From Minisyncoccota bacterium (lineage in GTDB: Bacteria > Patescibacteriota > Minisyncoccia > Phycocordibacterales > UBA2100): a stretch of DNA of 64,000 nt. The notes beneath the pieces are model-generated. The model made no database searches, was not told the DNA's origin, and saw nothing but the letters and a program-made list of their open reading frames with translations. The position numbers and the translations under genes were made by a program. The stretch spans positions 7,711 to 71,710 of the forward strand of contig JALHPE010000001.1 of the NCBI GenBank assembly GCA_022842645.1, written 5' to 3'. Of this stretch, positions 8,935-18,958 are shown in pieces (the first letter of the stretch is position 1; every line of letters begins with the position of its first letter).

Positions 8935-9645
8935 ATGCGAGAAAAGATACAAGTACCGTCGTCTGCTGAATCCTCCGAAGTCACGGTACCGCTGGCAGAG
9001 GACAAGATTCTTCACCGACTTCACCAATGCACAAACCCCGGCGCAAATTGCTCGCCCGAAGATGAGGAAGAACTACAGAAAGACCTTGAACGCTGTGAGG
9101 TTTTCGAGATGTACAATGCCTATATCGAGAGTCGTGTACCAACCCTCCCTCTCTTGGGGAAGAACATCACTGACTTAATCGAAAGAATCCCCAATAAACT
9201 ACGCAATGACCCAGAAACAATTTCTATTGTTAATTATTTGAAGGGGCGACACGCGTCGATTGGTCACGATCTCCGAGCTTATGTTACGCTTGTTATTAGA
9301 TTTGTAACGCTTGAGCAATCAACTCTGAGATTCAGAGATTATGAAAAATACATCGATCAAATAAAAAAAGTTGACGCTGATCGCCGAAGAATGCACGACA
9401 ACCTCTTAGCTTCCTTGGATATGCTCCGCCAAAAAATGGAAGAGGTGTATGATTTGGGATTGTGCGAGAAGAATGATTTTTATGTTTGGTCGCCAGGTGA
9501 GACACGTGAGATTCCCATAAACGCAGTGCCGGTTTTCGCCTCCACAGCAATTGCGAATCGAGACCTTATTAAAAATTGGGCGCTTGCCGCGGACTTTGCA
9601 GAACATTTTGAGAAACTATCGCAACTGCTGGCAGAAAAAAAATAG
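8935..9645 (+). CDS. Hypothetical helical protein (possibly DUF3232-like)
   Basis: Long ORF with D..RRRMHDNLL motif; TGGTACAAT 6 nt before ATG 8935. Confidence 0.65.
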   Translation: MREKIQVPSSAESSEVTVPLAEDKILHRLHQCTNPGANCSPEDEEELQKDLERCEVFEMYNAYIESRVPTLPLLGKNITDLIERIPNKLRNDPETISIVNYLKGRHASIGHDLRAYVTLVIRFVTLEQSTLRFRDYEKYIDQIKKVDADRRRMHDNLLASLDMLRQKMEEVYDLGLCEKNDFYVWSPGETREIPINAVPVFASTAIANRDLIKNWALAADFAEHFEKLSQLLAEKK

Positions 9646-9667
9646 GCATCCTGTGGTTACAGGACGC

Positions 9668-9955
9668 CTACTGATTGGCTCGATTTGCCTCTGCTTTTAC
9701 GACAATACAGTAGCAGAGCTTGAGAGCAAACGCCGCATACGCAAGATCGTCATCAGGTAGTGCCAGCGCACTGCGGTGTGATCGCAAAAGATCATAGAGA
9801 TCCTTGCAACGAACATCCGTCCGAACTATTTCTGCTTGCTCATGAGGGTTGTATCCATGCAAAGCTTCACAAGAAGGCAAAACAAGACTGAGAATGTGCG
9901 TTGCTTCTTGCGGATGCGTTTGTGTAAATTTTTTCCAACGACGGAGCTGGCTCAT
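9668..9955 (-). CDS. Hypothetical protein
   Basis: ORF with GGAAGG RBS-like and upstream TATAGT; fills gap. Confidence 0.55.
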   Translation of the reverse strand: MSQLRRWKKFTQTHPQEATHILSLVLPSCEALHGYNPHEQAEIVRTDVRCKDLYDLLRSHRSALALPDDDLAYAAFALKLCYCIVVKAEANRANQ

Positions 9956-9999
9956 GTGCCACCTTCCTTTCCTACTGCACTATAACACAGATGTACAAT

Positions 10000-10620
10000 T
10001 TATGCAAAACTTTTTTCGCTCCCTACTGAAATCACCCCCTCCCGCAACACCTGAATATTTCCCTCACTCACATCCACAATCGTCGAAGGCAATCGCTCCG
10101 GAAGCTCACCCGCATCAATCACAAGGTCGATGAGCTTGGCTCGCGCACCCAGTTGCGCGAGTATTTTCTCCGGAGAGCGGTCTGGTTGCATGCCCGCAAG
10201 ATTGGCGCTCGTCGTCGTATAGGGTCGCCCAAACGCACGCGCCAGCTCGAGACAAAATTGAGTGTCTGGCATGCGGAATCCGAATTCATCCCTTCCCTCG
10301 CACATTGCAATAACCGCATCGGCACGCTTTCGGAGAATGAGCGTGAGCGGCCCCGGCATATACGCACTCGCGAGCGCAAGCGCCATCTCGTTCACTTCCC
10401 CATACTCGGCCGCCATGTGTAAATCGGCGACAATAGCGTGTATAGGCTTTCCCTCTTCTCGTCCCTTAATTTCTCGCACTTTTGCAAGTGCCTCATTCGA
10501 AAGCGCATCTGCACCCAGGCCATACAGAGTGTCTGTGGGATACAAAACAACACCTCCACTACGAAGAGCTGTGACACTCTTCGTGATTGCTTCCGGACTC
10601 TTTATGGAGATGATTTCCAT
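10000..10620 (-). CDS. tsaC: Threonylcarbamoyl-AMP synthase (Sua5/TsaC)
   Basis: YPTDTLYGL, KGR..KP, PGPLT, TTSANLAG, PSTIVD, LREG. Confidence 0.93.
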   Translation of the reverse strand: MEIISIKSPEAITKSVTALRSGGVVLYPTDTLYGLGADALSNEALAKVREIKGREEGKPIHAIVADLHMAAEYGEVNEMALALASAYMPGPLTLILRKRADAVIAMCEGRDEFGFRMPDTQFCLELARAFGRPYTTTSANLAGMQPDRSPEKILAQLGARAKLIDLVIDAGELPERLPSTIVDVSEGNIQVLREGVISVGSEKSFA

Positions 10621-10623
10621 CGG

Positions 10624-10695
10624 TGCGCGCTGAGGGGATCGAACCCCCGACCCTCTTCACGTCAAGAAGATGCTCTACCACTGAGCTAAGCGCGC
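10624..10695 (-). tRNA. tRNA-Val(GAC)
   Basis: GCGCGCT acceptor, TCTTC-TTGACGT-GAAGA anticodon arm, GGTTCGATCC. Confidence 0.95.
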
Positions 10696-10725
10696 TTGCG
10701 GCCGAGTATAGCAGAAACCGGTATT

Positions 10726-12498
10726 TTATTCATCCTGCAGGAACCCTCCCGCTTGATGTTGCCAGAGCGTGGCGTAGAGCCCTCTTTTCGCGAGAAGTTC
10801 TTGGTGTGTCCCCTCTTCCGCAATTCGTCCATCATCAAGAGCGATGATGCGATCCATTTTCATGATGGTCGAAAGACGATGCGCGATAACCAGTACCGTC
10901 TTCCCACTCATGAGCTTTGCAAGTGCATCTTGAATTAAAACCTCTGACGCTGAATCCAGGCTCGCCGTTGCCTCATCGAGAATAAGAATCGGGGCGTTTT
11001 TAAGGATTGCACGCGCAATCGCGACGCGCTGACGCTCGCCCCCAGAAAGCTTCACACCACGCTCGCCCACATACGTCTCATACCCATGAGGAAGTGCTGC
11101 GATAAATTCATGACAATGCGCCTTCTTCGCGGCGGCGATTACCTCTTCATCACGTGCATCACGGTTGCCGTAGCGAATATTTTCCATGAGGGTACGATGA
11201 AAAAGAATCGGCTCTTGCGGCACAAAACCTATCGCGCTCCGCAAACTTTCTTGTGTCACCGCCGCAATGCTCTGCCCGTCAATCTCGATACTGCCCGATT
11301 TCACGTCGAAAAGGCGCAGGATGATTTTGGTAATGGTGGATTTCCCAGCACCCGAAGGTCCGACGAATGCTACCTTCTCGCCACCTCGAATCGTCAGATT
11401 AAAATCTGTAAAGATGGCGCGCTCGGAGTGAAAGGTGAAATCAACATTCTTAAATTCGATAAGGCCCTTTGAGACACGAAGCGGTTGGGAACCGGGAATG
11501 TCGCGAATTTCGTGCTCTGTTGCCAAAAGCTCCGACATTTCTGCAGCGTCCGCAAGCGCATCGTAAAATCCGCGAAGCTGAAACGCGATACTGCTCAAAA
11601 GCCCGAACGTCCCTACAAGATAGGTTTGTATGAGGACAAAATCTCCTATAGTAAGCTCGCCCCGTTGCCAAAAAATCACCGCCCCGTAAAGGAGTCCGAC
11701 GTTAATAGAAACCATAAGGAGTCCCTGAACACCCCAAATCGTCGTCATGATAAACCACGCCTTCCATTGCGCGTCACTCCAAGTCTCAACAAGTCGTGAG
11801 AAACGTTTTTCTTCGTGCCTCTCTCCAGAAAATAAGGTGACTGCATTTTGATTACCGATCACATCCGAAAGCCCCCCAACCATCTTGCTGTCGGCCTCGG
11901 AACGAAGGAGACGATAGGGACGATGAAAACGAGACAGTACTATTTGAACGATAATAAAAAGTACCGTCCACAGGGCGAGCACGATACCGAGCGTGCGATT
12001 GTGTGTGAAAAGAATTCCCGCCGCACCGACCACAAACACCGCCGCGGGGAGAAAGGAAGTCATGGCGGTATCAAAAATGGTCTCAAACGCGCCCGCATAT
12101 TTACTGACGCGACGAGTAAGGGTGCCACTAAACTGCGATGCGAAAAATGTATGCGAATGCCGGATAAGATATTCAAATGAAGCGCGATAGAGCTGCGCCA
12201 TGGCACGGTTCTCTATCACCATTTGCGCGAGCGCGCTTATGCGTCCGAAAAGCCACTGGAGGAAATAAATACCAGCAATGATGCTGACAACACCCAGAAT
12301 GTACTCCACGAGCTGAGTACTCCTGTCACTTGATGCGAGCGCATTGAAAATTTCACGCAAATAGAGCGGTGCTATTAATCCGGCAACCTGAAATGCAACT
12401 TGCCCCACGATGACCACAAAAAGCATCCATGGTGAATGAAGTGCCTCACGCACGTATGCTCGCGGAATATATCCGTCACGCCGCCGAGGGGATTGCAT
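10726..12498 (-). CDS. ABC exporter, fused permease/ATPase
   Basis: TM N-half; GPSGAGKS, LSGGERQR, ILDEAT, IAHRL; start set at MQSPRR to avoid tsaD overlap. Confidence 0.93.
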   Translation of the reverse strand: MQSPRRRDGYIPRAYVREALHSPWMLFVVIVGQVAFQVAGLIAPLYLREIFNALASSDRSTQLVEYILGVVSIIAGIYFLQWLFGRISALAQMVIENRAMAQLYRASFEYLIRHSHTFFASQFSGTLTRRVSKYAGAFETIFDTAMTSFLPAAVFVVGAAGILFTHNRTLGIVLALWTVLFIIVQIVLSRFHRPYRLLRSEADSKMVGGLSDVIGNQNAVTLFSGERHEEKRFSRLVETWSDAQWKAWFIMTTIWGVQGLLMVSINVGLLYGAVIFWQRGELTIGDFVLIQTYLVGTFGLLSSIAFQLRGFYDALADAAEMSELLATEHEIRDIPGSQPLRVSKGLIEFKNVDFTFHSERAIFTDFNLTIRGGEKVAFVGPSGAGKSTITKIILRLFDVKSGSIEIDGQSIAAVTQESLRSAIGFVPQEPILFHRTLMENIRYGNRDARDEEVIAAAKKAHCHEFIAALPHGYETYVGERGVKLSGGERQRVAIARAILKNAPILILDEATASLDSASEVLIQDALAKLMSGKTVLVIAHRLSTIMKMDRIIALDDGRIAEEGTHQELLAKRGLYATLWQHQAGGFLQDE

Positions 12499-12532
12499 TT
12501 GACCAAGAATAGCATGATGGTATACATGGCTG

Positions 12533-13723
12533 ATGCGCATCCTTGCCATAGAAACCAGCTGCGACGAAACGGCTGTCTGCATCATCGAAGCAGAAGGAGA
12601 GGGGTTAGGTGTTAGGTTCCAGGTGTTAGGGAATGCCCTTCTTTCGCAAGCAGTCCACGCACAGTATGGCGGAGTTTTTCCGAGCCTAGCCCGGAGAGAA
12701 CATGAACGGAATCTTGTTCCCCTCTTCCAGAAAGCACTGGAGGAAGCGAAGTTGTTGAAGTCGGCACATAATCAAGGCGACACATCGTTGATAGAGAAGG
12801 TTTTACATCGCGAAAACGATCTGCGCCCGCAACTTGTCGCATTTTTGAAAGAGCATGGAAAACCCGATATTGATTGCATTGCGGTGACGCATGGCCCGGG
12901 GCTTGAACCAGCTCTTTGGGTTGGCGTTAATTTTGCACGCGCGCTTGCACATGCGTGGAATCTACCCGTTGTTCCGGTGAATCATATGGAAGGACATCTC
13001 ATCTTGTCGGCTTTAGCCGGACAAGATGAGAAGTATCAAGTATCAAGTATCAAGTATCAAACAAAACACAAAGTCCAATTTCCACTTCTCGCACTTCTTA
13101 TTTCTGGAGGGCACACGGAACTTGTTCTTGCGCGCGAATGGATGAAATATGAACTTCTGGGACAAACGCGTGACGATGCTGTGGGCGAGGCGTTTGATAA
13201 GGTAGCGCGCCTGCTTGATCTTCCCTACCCTGGCGGACCGGAAATAGATAAACTCGCCAAACGCGCCCGTGATGTGGGACTTACGAAGTCCCACATTGAA
13301 TTGCCGCGACCGATGATTGATACAGATGATTATGATTTCTCTTTCTCCGGGCTCAAAACCGCTGTTCGCCGCCTCGTTGAATCGAAACAACCACTGTCAG
13401 AACAAACGAAGATGGAGATTGCGCGGGAGTTCGAGGAGGCGTGTGCGGATGTGCTTGTGGCAAAGACACTCCGTGCCATTGAGGAGTACAATATCGAATC
13501 GCTGGTCGTTGGCGGCGGCGTTTCGGCAAATGAGTACATTCGCGAGCGCCTTGCGGAGAGTATTAAGAGCTATGGCTTGAGTACGAAACTGCTTATTCCC
13601 CCACGCGAGCTTGCAACCGATAATGCACTTATGATCGCACTCGCAGGCTATTTCCGTGCCCTTAACAAGGAATGCGCTGAACCAGAAACGATTCGAGCGA
13701 ATGGGAATTTGAAGTTGGTATAA
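12533..13723 (+). CDS. tsaD: tRNA t6A synthase subunit TsaD
   Basis: LAIETSCDET, GPGL, NHMEGH, SGGHT, DDAVGEAFDK, FSFSGLKT, TDNA. Confidence 0.97.
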   Translation: MRILAIETSCDETAVCIIEAEGEGLGVRFQVLGNALLSQAVHAQYGGVFPSLARREHERNLVPLFQKALEEAKLLKSAHNQGDTSLIEKVLHRENDLRPQLVAFLKEHGKPDIDCIAVTHGPGLEPALWVGVNFARALAHAWNLPVVPVNHMEGHLILSALAGQDEKYQVSSIKYQTKHKVQFPLLALLISGGHTELVLAREWMKYELLGQTRDDAVGEAFDKVARLLDLPYPGGPEIDKLAKRARDVGLTKSHIELPRPMIDTDDYDFSFSGLKTAVRRLVESKQPLSEQTKMEIAREFEEACADVLVAKTLRAIEEYNIESLVVGGGVSANEYIRERLAESIKSYGLSTKLLIPPRELATDNALMIALAGYFRALNKECAEPETIRANGNLKLV

Positions 13724-13725
13724 AA

Positions 13726-13755
13726 ATAAACTCGCCTATGGAGGGGCGAGTTTAT
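13726..13755 (+). terminator. Hairpin terminator after tsaD
   Basis: ataaactcgcc..ggcgagtttat. Confidence 0.65.
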
Positions 13756-14048
13756 GTGCAGTAGAAAACGGGGGTTGTCTCTCTAGACAACAATCCTACG
13801 CTTATGCGACCGTCTTCTTAAGTTTAGTTCCCAATCTACAACCCTGCGCGAACAGGAGATCTATACATGAGGTCCATAAGGGCCTCTCCCGACAACACTC
13901 ATGTATATTGCTCTTTGACGAGCGGATCCAGATTGGATACCCACGAAGAAGCCTCTGCACTTGCTACATTCGTGTCTAGAGCCATAATAAACTATTTTAT
14001 AATTTTGTCAAGTCCTGCCCTTTTTCCAAATCATGCTACGATGGCGAA

Positions 14049-16274
14049 ATGTCAAAAGACGGCTCAAAACCTAGCCACATTCGCAATGACGCGGGTATTC
14101 CCGAGGCGTTTCTTAAACCCTACAACCCCGCCGAAGAGGAGTTGAAGACGCGGGCGCTATGGGATGAAAGTGGCTACGCTAACCCCGACAAAATGATCGC
14201 AGACGGACTTACCGCCCCCGATGCGGAACCGTACTCCATCGTCCTTCCCCCACCGAATGTGACGGGGACGCTCCACATGGGACACGCCGCGATGCTCGCG
14301 ATTGAAGACATCCTCATTCGCTACGCGCGCATGAATGGAAAAAAGACGCTCTGGATTCCTGGCACTGACAGCGCGGCTATTGCCACACAAGCGAAAGTGG
14401 AAACCGATATTTATAAAAAAGAAAAGCAGACGCGGTATGACCTCGGCCGTGAAGAACTCATGAAGCGTATCGATGAGTTTACTGAGGAGAGTAAGGCGAC
14501 CATTATCAATCAAGTGCGGACGATGGGAGCAAGTCTCGACTGGAGCCGCTACGCTTACACGCTCGACGAGACGCGCTACAAGGCGGTGATGGAGGCTTTT
14601 GTGCGCATGTATGATGCAGGGCTCATCTACCGCGGAAATCGCATCGTGAACTGGGATCCAAAATTGCAGACGACCGTTTCGGACGACGAGATCGAATATC
14701 TGGAACAAAAAGATCCCTTTTACTATTTCAAGTATGGCCCGTTTGTCATCGGCACCGTACGCCCAGAAACAAAATTTGGCGATAAGTATGTGGTAATGCA
14801 TCCGAACGACGAGCGGTATGCTGGGTACAAGCACGGACAAACAATTGATCTTGAGTGGATAAATGGACCCATCACGGCAACCGTAATCAAAGACGAAGCT
14901 GCGAACATGGACGTTGGCTCTGGTGTCATGACGATCACCCCAGCCCACTCGGGTGTGGACTTTGAGATTGCACAAAGACATGGGCTGGATATCGAACAAG
15001 TGATCGATGAACGCGGTATCCTCCTCCCCATCGCGGGAGAGTTTGCCGGACAACACATCAAGAAAGCCCGCTCTCTTATCGTGGAAAAGCTCACCGCAAA
15101 AGGACTTGTTGAGAAAATCGATGAGAATTATGTGCACAATGTCGCCACCAATAGCCGTGGCGGCGGCCTGATTGAACCCCAGATAAAAAAGCAGTGGTTT
15201 GTGGCAGTGAATAAAGAATTCACCATCTCCCACTCTGAAATGAGCGGCATCCCTACCGGAACGATGACGACGCTCAAGAAGCTTATGCGCCACGTGGTTG
15301 AGACGCAGCAAGTAAAAATAGCACCCGAGAGATTCGAGAAAATCTACTACCACTGGATAGACAACCTCCGTGACTGGAATATCTCGCGGCAAATATGGTT
15401 TGGACATCGTATTCCTGTGTGGTATCGAAGCGACGAGGTCTATTGCGGCACCGAGGCGCCTGGGGGCGATGGATGGGAGCAGGATCCGGATGTGCTCGAC
15501 ACCTGGTTCTCGTCGGGCATATGGACTATTTCTACGCTCGGCTGGCCGGAAGAAACTGCTGACCTGAAGACTTTCCACCCGACCGCGGTACTCGAGACCG
15601 GCTACGACATTCTCTTTTTCTGGGTAGCACGCATGGTCTTGATGTCGGGCTTCTTGGTGGGACAAGTACCCTTCAAGCAGGTATACCTGCACGGGCTTGT
15701 GCGCGATGGACAGGGGCGCAAGATGTCGAAATCCCTCGGGAATATCATTGACCCACTCGACATGATTTCAAAATACGGGGCGGATGCGACGCGACTCTCC
15801 CTCATCATTGGTGCCGCGCCGGGGATGGATATCAAACTCTCGGAAGATCGTGTACGCGGCTACAAACACTTTGCGAATAAACTCTGGAACATCACACGTT
15901 TCGTGCTTGAAAGCACGCACGATATAGATGTGGATGCGAAACTCTCTGAAACTGACGCGAAACTCGTTACTGAAGCGCACGAATTGGTGAAAAACGCCTC
16001 GAAAAACATTGATGCATTCCGCCTCGACCTTGCAGCTGATGAGATTTACCACTTTGTGTGGGATAGGTTTGCCGCTGAGATCATCGAGGAGTCAAAGCCG
16101 ATACTCAAAGAACCTGGAGAGGCTCGGGCTTCACGACAGCGTATGCTGCATAAGATTCTCATCATTTCTCTTAAAGCACTCCACCCGTTTATGCCTTACG
16201 TCACAGAAGCTGTTTGGCAAAAGCTGCCCCAGAAAGATGCGGAGCTCCTTATGGTTGCAAAGTGGCCTAAGTAG
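14049..16274 (+). CDS. valS: Valine--tRNA ligase (compact, 741 aa)
   Basis: PPPNVTGTLHMGH, DWNISRQ, DVLDTWFSS, KMSKS. Confidence 0.96.
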   Translation: MSKDGSKPSHIRNDAGIPEAFLKPYNPAEEELKTRALWDESGYANPDKMIADGLTAPDAEPYSIVLPPPNVTGTLHMGHAAMLAIEDILIRYARMNGKKTLWIPGTDSAAIATQAKVETDIYKKEKQTRYDLGREELMKRIDEFTEESKATIINQVRTMGASLDWSRYAYTLDETRYKAVMEAFVRMYDAGLIYRGNRIVNWDPKLQTTVSDDEIEYLEQKDPFYYFKYGPFVIGTVRPETKFGDKYVVMHPNDERYAGYKHGQTIDLEWINGPITATVIKDEAANMDVGSGVMTITPAHSGVDFEIAQRHGLDIEQVIDERGILLPIAGEFAGQHIKKARSLIVEKLTAKGLVEKIDENYVHNVATNSRGGGLIEPQIKKQWFVAVNKEFTISHSEMSGIPTGTMTTLKKLMRHVVETQQVKIAPERFEKIYYHWIDNLRDWNISRQIWFGHRIPVWYRSDEVYCGTEAPGGDGWEQDPDVLDTWFSSGIWTISTLGWPEETADLKTFHPTAVLETGYDILFFWVARMVLMSGFLVGQVPFKQVYLHGLVRDGQGRKMSKSLGNIIDPLDMISKYGADATRLSLIIGAAPGMDIKLSEDRVRGYKHFANKLWNITRFVLESTHDIDVDAKLSETDAKLVTEAHELVKNASKNIDAFRLDLAADEIYHFVWDRFAAEIIEESKPILKEPGEARASRQRMLHKILIISLKALHPFMPYVTEAVWQKLPQKDAELLMVAKWPK

Positions 16275-16292
16275 AGCTGGTACAATAAGAGC

Positions 16293-16982
16293 ATGTTCGC
16301 GCTTGAATCCTTCGCGATTGCTATTTTGGGAGGGATTTTCCCTGCACTTGCGTGGCTTTGGTTTTGGCTCAAAGAAGACACTCACCCCGAACCACGCCGC
16401 TTGATCGCACTGGCCTTTATTGGCGGCATGCTCACGGTTCTTCTTGTTGTACCTTTACAAAAATTCGCGGCGGGTATCCTCGTCACACAAACCGCCATGT
16501 TTGCGGCGTGGTCAACCATCGAGGAGTTTGCAAAATATGCCGTTGCGTGGCTTCTCGTCCTCCATCGCCGCGAGAACGACGAGCCGATAGACGCGGTTAT
16601 TTACATGGTTGCCTTGGCCCTTGGCTTCGCAGGGCTCGAAAACGCACTCTTCCTCCTCTCGCCCCTTGCCGGGGAGACTCTTGTGCAGACTGTGATTACA
16701 GGGAACCTTCGCTTCATTGGCGCAACGCTTTTGCATGTGTTCTCATCGGCAGTTGTAGGACTCTTTCTTGCGTATGCATTTTACAAATCCGTACTGGTAC
16801 GAGAACTCTACACAGCGGCAGGGGTTATCCTCGCCTCCCTTTTGCACATCGCCTTCAACTTACTTATACTCAACACGGCAGAGGAGCATCTGTTGCGTAC
16901 TTTTGCCGGAGTGTGGGTTGGCGTTATTATCGTTCTCTTTGCACTCGAATTCGTGAAGCGAATTAAGCCACGAATGCGTTAG
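16293..16982 (+). CDS. prsW: PrsW-family intramembrane metalloprotease
   Basis: HPEP, EEFAK, GFAGLEN, H..H..FN motifs; multi-TM. Confidence 0.85.
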   Translation: MFALESFAIAILGGIFPALAWLWFWLKEDTHPEPRRLIALAFIGGMLTVLLVVPLQKFAAGILVTQTAMFAAWSTIEEFAKYAVAWLLVLHRRENDEPIDAVIYMVALALGFAGLENALFLLSPLAGETLVQTVITGNLRFIGATLLHVFSSAVVGLFLAYAFYKSVLVRELYTAAGVILASLLHIAFNLLILNTAEEHLLRTFAGVWVGVIIVLFALEFVKRIKPRMR

Positions 16983-17001
16983 TTACTTAATTATCTTTTC
17001 C

Positions 17002-17508
17002 ATGAGCAAACAATCGTTCTTTTCTCGCCTCACTGGCTCCGACGACAACTACGACGACTTTCTTGATGATCCACGCGCAAATCGTGTTTCTTTCTCGCCG
17101 CAACAAGGCTCAGAGCGCCACGCGAGTATTCCCGTGCAGACATCCACACCAAGCCGTTCCGCCTCTACTCCTCAACCAGAAGGCGAACTTGCAGTGGATG
17201 TGTACCAAACACCTGATCATATCGTGATAAAAGCGTTGATTGCTGGGGTTCAGCCGCAAACTATCGACATTTCCCTCACCCGCGAGATGCTCACCATTTC
17301 CGGCGTACGCACAGATGAGCGCGAAGTAGAAGAAGATAATTACTTCCAACGAGAACTTTATTGGGGATCATTTTCTCGCACCATTCTTCTGCCGGAAGAG
17401 GTGGATGTGGATGCGGCCGAAGCCTCAGAAAAACATGGCATTCTCATGATTCGTCTCCCAAAAATCAACAAACGACGCGAAACGAAGCTGAAAGTGCGAG
17501 CACGTTAG
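17002..17508 (+). CDS. Hsp20/alpha-crystallin small heat-shock protein
   Basis: VDVYQT, LTISG, ELYWGSFSRTILLP, GILMIRLPK. Confidence 0.92.
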   Translation: MSKQSFFSRLTGSDDNYDDFLDDPRANRVSFSPQQGSERHASIPVQTSTPSRSASTPQPEGELAVDVYQTPDHIVIKALIAGVQPQTIDISLTREMLTISGVRTDEREVEEDNYFQRELYWGSFSRTILLPEEVDVDAAEASEKHGILMIRLPKINKRRETKLKVRAR

Positions 17509-17578
17509 TTTGCATATACGCTCCACTCCTGTACTCTTCTTTCTAGGCGGATGATCCGCATAAAGGGAGGAAAAGCTA

Positions 17579-18151
17579 ATGGTTCGATACATACCGACCG
17601 CTCTTACATTGGCGCGATTCCCATTAGGGATCGCGTTTGCGTACTGTTATTTTTATGACTTAACTTACGCAGCGCTTGTGTTCGCAAGCTTAGGGTGCAT
17701 CACCGATTATCTCGACGGATACTTGGCTCGACGGTGGAATGTGTGCACAAAGTTCGGCAAGATCATGGACGCCTATGGCGATAAGTGGATGTGTTGGATC
17801 ATGACGATCGTCGCGTTCGATATCGTGGGCCCGCACGTTACGCTTATTGCTTTAACGATCATTATTCTTGCCTATGACCTGGGGTTAAGCTTCCTCAGAT
17901 ACATTCTCGGCCATCGGCATATTACAGTCTCGTGGTACGCCAAGTGGAAAACAACGCTTCTTATGCTTGGGCTTCTGATCATTTACGTCGATTGGACACT
18001 CGGATACCCAGGACAAGGACTCATGACACTTGGTGCACTTTGGTTCGTCTTGCCTAGTGCCGCGGTAGTCGCCCTTCTTTCAATCGGTCGATATTTGCGA
18101 GAATATCAGCTCGAGTGGCTAATTCCCTATCCCGTGAGGCTGATCTTTTGA
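17579..18151 (+). CDS. CDP-alcohol phosphatidyltransferase (PgsA-like)
   Basis: TDYLDGYLARR..T.FG..MD..GD signature. Confidence 0.88.
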   Translation: MVRYIPTALTLARFPLGIAFAYCYFYDLTYAALVFASLGCITDYLDGYLARRWNVCTKFGKIMDAYGDKWMCWIMTIVAFDIVGPHVTLIALTIIILAYDLGLSFLRYILGHRHITVSWYAKWKTTLLMLGLLIIYVDWTLGYPGQGLMTLGALWFVLPSAAVVALLSIGRYLREYQLEWLIPYPVRLIF

Positions 18152-18226
18152 ATACGAACACCCGACTCCCCCAGGAGCCGGGTGTTCTCTTAAAATAAAA
18201 GAGGTACTATGCTATAGTTTTCGGAC

Positions 18227-18299
18227 GCTTGGGTAGCTCAGTTGGTAGAGCATTCCCCTGAAGAGGGAAGGGTCACCGGTTCGACCCCGGTCCCAAGCA
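18227..18299 (+). tRNA. tRNA-Phe(GAA)
   Basis: GCTTGGG acceptor, TTCCC-CTGAAGA-GGGAA anticodon arm, GGTTCGACCCC. Confidence 0.95.
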
Positions 18300-18312
18300 C
18301 TTGAGTGTAAGT

Positions 18313-18349
18313 AAACAAAGCGACCCCCTTGAGGGGTCGCTTTGTTTTT
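18313..18349. terminator. Bidirectional terminator
   Basis: aaacaaagcgacccc-cttga-ggggtcgctttgttttt. Confidence 0.8.
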
Positions 18350-18366
18350 CAACGACGGCGAAATAT

Positions 18367-18678
18367 TTATTGCCCTCCGAAATACTGCGGGAATTGGGTG
18401 CGGATCTTGTCGAACGCTGCCTGCATGTTGCTGAATTGTTCCTGAGTCGCTGAGCCAGTGCCCTGTATCTGCTGCATAGCAGCCATGGTGCTCTGCATAA
18501 CAGGAGCTACATACTGCATGTAGAGCCAGAGTGGAATGATGATTAAGGCAATCCACACTGCAAAACGCACAATGCCCCCAATAAAGGCGTTGCGGCGCAT
18601 GGCGTGCAACATACGATTATTCTCACGTGTGAGACGGAGTATGTCGTCGAGTTTGTCGGCGTCGTATTCAATACCCAT
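18367..18678 (-). CDS. Single-TM hypothetical protein
   Basis: L..ENNRML..MRR then TM helix; ATG start. Confidence 0.75.
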   Translation of the reverse strand: MGIEYDADKLDDILRLTRENNRMLHAMRRNAFIGGIVRFAVWIALIIIPLWLYMQYVAPVMQSTMAAMQQIQGTGSATQEQFSNMQAAFDKIRTQFPQYFGGQ

Positions 18679-18681
18679 GGA

Positions 18682-18906
18682 CTACATGTGCCCAGTAGTG
18701 TCGCACGTCGCACAACCCTTACAATCAAGCTTGATTGGCGTCGCAAGCACCCCGAGAACCAGTGCGTTCCAGAGGAAAAAGAGTGGATCAAAGCGACCAA
18801 TCGGTGCCTGCATAAGAACACTAATCCACGCAAGGATAAACGCGAGAGCCGAGAGAACCCACAAACCCTTCCACAACCAACATTTCATAAGGTGTTTATT
18901 CATCAT
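18682..18906 (-). CDS. Small 2-TM hypothetical protein with C-terminal CxxCxxC
   Basis: Two hydrophobic helices, CKGCATC. Confidence 0.65.
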   Translation of the reverse strand: MMNKHLMKCWLWKGLWVLSALAFILAWISVLMQAPIGRFDPLFFLWNALVLGVLATPIKLDCKGCATCDTTGHM

Positions 18907-18958
18907 AGAAAAACGAGTTATTTCGTAAGTAGACTCATAATACAGTGTTCCTCGTCAC

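Noticed and set aside
13800-13985. Possible TGA-readthrough (code 25) or pseudogene ORF on the minus strand
   Set aside because: Frame also hits TAG soon after; core genes have no internal TGA and some ORFs end in TGA, so code 11 fits
14157-15692. 511-aa ORF on the minus strand
   Set aside because: Antisense shadow of valS with no recognisable motifs
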